Assembly (NCBI RefSeq): GCF_009914755.1
Contig: NC_060930.1
Reading direction: 5' to 3' (one strand)
Source of the DNA: the human T2T-CHM13v2.0 reference genome, Homo sapiens
DNA: 64,000 nt
Positions 63,527 to 64,000 of the stretch are shown one piece after another (positions within the stretch are counted from its first letter, which is position 1; the number at the start of each line of letters is the position of its first letter). The position numbers and the translations under genes are program-made. Under the pieces are notes generated by a model, which worked only from the letters and a program-made list of their open reading frames with translations, ran no database searches and was not told where the DNA came from.

Positions 63527-63718
63527 TAGGTTTTGTTGGACCTCATGCTCTTACAATTTGAATGGGAATGGGCGTTGGGGGCTGGGGGGTGGTTGGTGGG
63601 GGGGCTCTTAAAAAAATACAAAAAGATCTTTCTTCTGACTGCATTGTTGGGGCCCTTCCCAGAACCATAGGAGGGGCCCTGAAGCTTAAGCTTCATGAGT
63701 TTAATGTAACTTGTCTCT
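63527..63718 (-). mobile_element. Arthur1A/MER69-like hAT-Tip100 element
   Basis: GAGGGGCCCTGAAGCTTAAGCTTCA and AGGTTTTGTTGGACCTCATGCTCTTACAATTTG termini. Confidence 0.65.
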
Positions 63719-64000
63719 TCCTAAATAAGAGGCAGAATAAAGCAGGGTGTGCCTGTGGCAGACTACTTACTGCCTCTAAGCTTTATGCTCAGAAGCAAAA
63801 AGAGTTGGAAAAGTGTGTTACATTCAGAAGACTTGACAAGTAGCTAGGAAGCGCCTAGGCACGGAAAATGGTTTATGCAGTTGAAACTCAACTATAGTTC
63901 CTGTTTAATGTAACCATTTTTTCCAAACTTCAATTTGGCAATAATTTGTACTGTAATTTGTTATTACAAAGTGACCCTTGACCAAAACCAATTAACTTTG

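Noticed and set aside
63680-63695. Perfect 16-bp palindrome TGAAGCTTAAGCTTCA
   Set aside because: As I recall the consensus, it is part of the Arthur1/MER69 terminus, so the transposon explains it.

Overview
Primate (human-like) genomic DNA with no recognisable protein-coding exon. The window holds about 75 Alu copies or fragments (manual count), plus L1, L2, MIR, MaLR/ERVL LTR and hAT DNA-transposon relics. A CpG-island promoter at about 18850-20080 carries an ATG-free first exon on the + strand ending at a strong donor (CCGAG|GTAAGG, 19455/19456). The remaining 44 kb is best read as a long first intron. I cannot name the gene from sequence alone. The longer ORFs in the track are Alu-derived, low-complexity or GC-rich artefacts, and none resembles a protein I recognise. 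I found no new gene system. The real signal is a set of fossil micro-rearrangements readable from target-site duplications (TSDs): two inversions that split an Alu at its middle A-rich linker, an inversion inside an Alu left arm, a 277-bp templated duplication, an L1 with a tiny 3' transduction, a 52-nt structured poly(A)/TSD retrocopy, and a 2.3-kb multi-domain AT-rich VNTR. Repeat subfamily names come from remembered consensus sequences and need RepeatMasker confirmation; repeat boundaries are approximate.
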